Below are positions 63,734-64,000 of a stretch of 64,000 nucleotides of DNA, one piece after another. This DNA is from an uncultured virus (IMG/VR IMGVR_UViG_3300016657_000021). Its lineage: Duplodnaviria; Heunggongvirae; Uroviricota; Caudoviricetes. The stretch spans positions 1 to 64,000 of the IMG/VR virus record IMGVR_UViG_3300016657_000021. One strand, given 5' to 3'. The notes under the pieces are model-generated. The model did no database searches. It was not told the origin of the DNA and saw only the letters and a program-made list of their open reading frames with translations. The translations under genes and the position numbers were made by a program. Position 1 is the stretch's first letter. Each line of letters begins with the position of its first letter.

Positions 63734-64000
63734 CACAGACCCCAGTCATCAGATACAGGGACGCAAAAAATCTCTGCGCCTTCTGGAATATCCACGCCGT
63801 TTGGTAACGGCTTAATGGTTACTTTCTTGTCTTTCGGATTAGCAATAACGCCATCAAAACCGATGGACTCCCACCGGAACACCCACACAGCACGGGATAG
63901 TTTGATACGTCCGTTTTCTCGCGCTACATCGCCAGCAAAAATCCAGCCGCGATCTACCACGATGACTGCACGAGTTCCGGCAATTGACTTTTGCGCCTGA
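63733..64000 (-). CDS. hypothetical protein (5' end outside window)
   Basis: Open frame to window edge, ...AVIVVDRGWIFAGD...LSRA.WVFRW. Confidence 0.7.
   Translation of the reverse strand, partial: QAQKSIAGTRAVIVVDRGWIFAGDVARENGRIKLSRAVWVFRWESIGFDGVIANPKDKKVTIKPLPNGVDIPEGAEIFCVPVSDDWGL

Noticed and set aside
1..64000. Alternative genetic code or stop-codon reassignment
   Set aside because: Standard-code ORFs tile the genome densely, and the only tRNA found is a normal Gly(TCC).

Overview
The window holds what looks like most of a ~65 kb tailed dsDNA phage genome (podovirus-like, circularly permuted, since both ends fall in leftward small-gene regions). Its Rz/Rz1 spanins imply a Gram-negative host. 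There are three blocks. (i) 1-7.7 kb, minus strand: early/accessory genes, including an M28-type peptidase and an AT-rich non-coding stretch. (ii) 8.2-46.2 kb, plus strand: terminase, portal, GroES-like chaperonin, scaffold, capsid, a cluster of small basic proteins, tail/fibre genes, a SAR endolysin with Rz/Rz1, internal virion proteins and a 2207-aa polyvalent-type protein. (iii) 46.2-64 kb, minus strand: primase-helicase, tRNA-Gly(TCC), SPFH lipoprotein, SSB-like protein, DUF2829/Tad2-like protein, SNF2 helicase, exonuclease, family A DNA polymerase, several HNH endonucleases and small genes. The most striking observation is a 298-aa intein (56884-57777) splitting polymerase motif B. It has no in-frame endonuclease, but a complete HNH endonuclease ORF lies inside it in an alternative same-strand reading frame. 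Also notable: a shared [MFYIL]-x-x-G-G motif in about ten late proteins (three with a DGIAQRGKT tail), six copies of a CGGGAC-N5-GTCCCG palindrome seen only in the early region, and three candidate structured RNAs. All family assignments are from motif recognition by eye; no searches were run.
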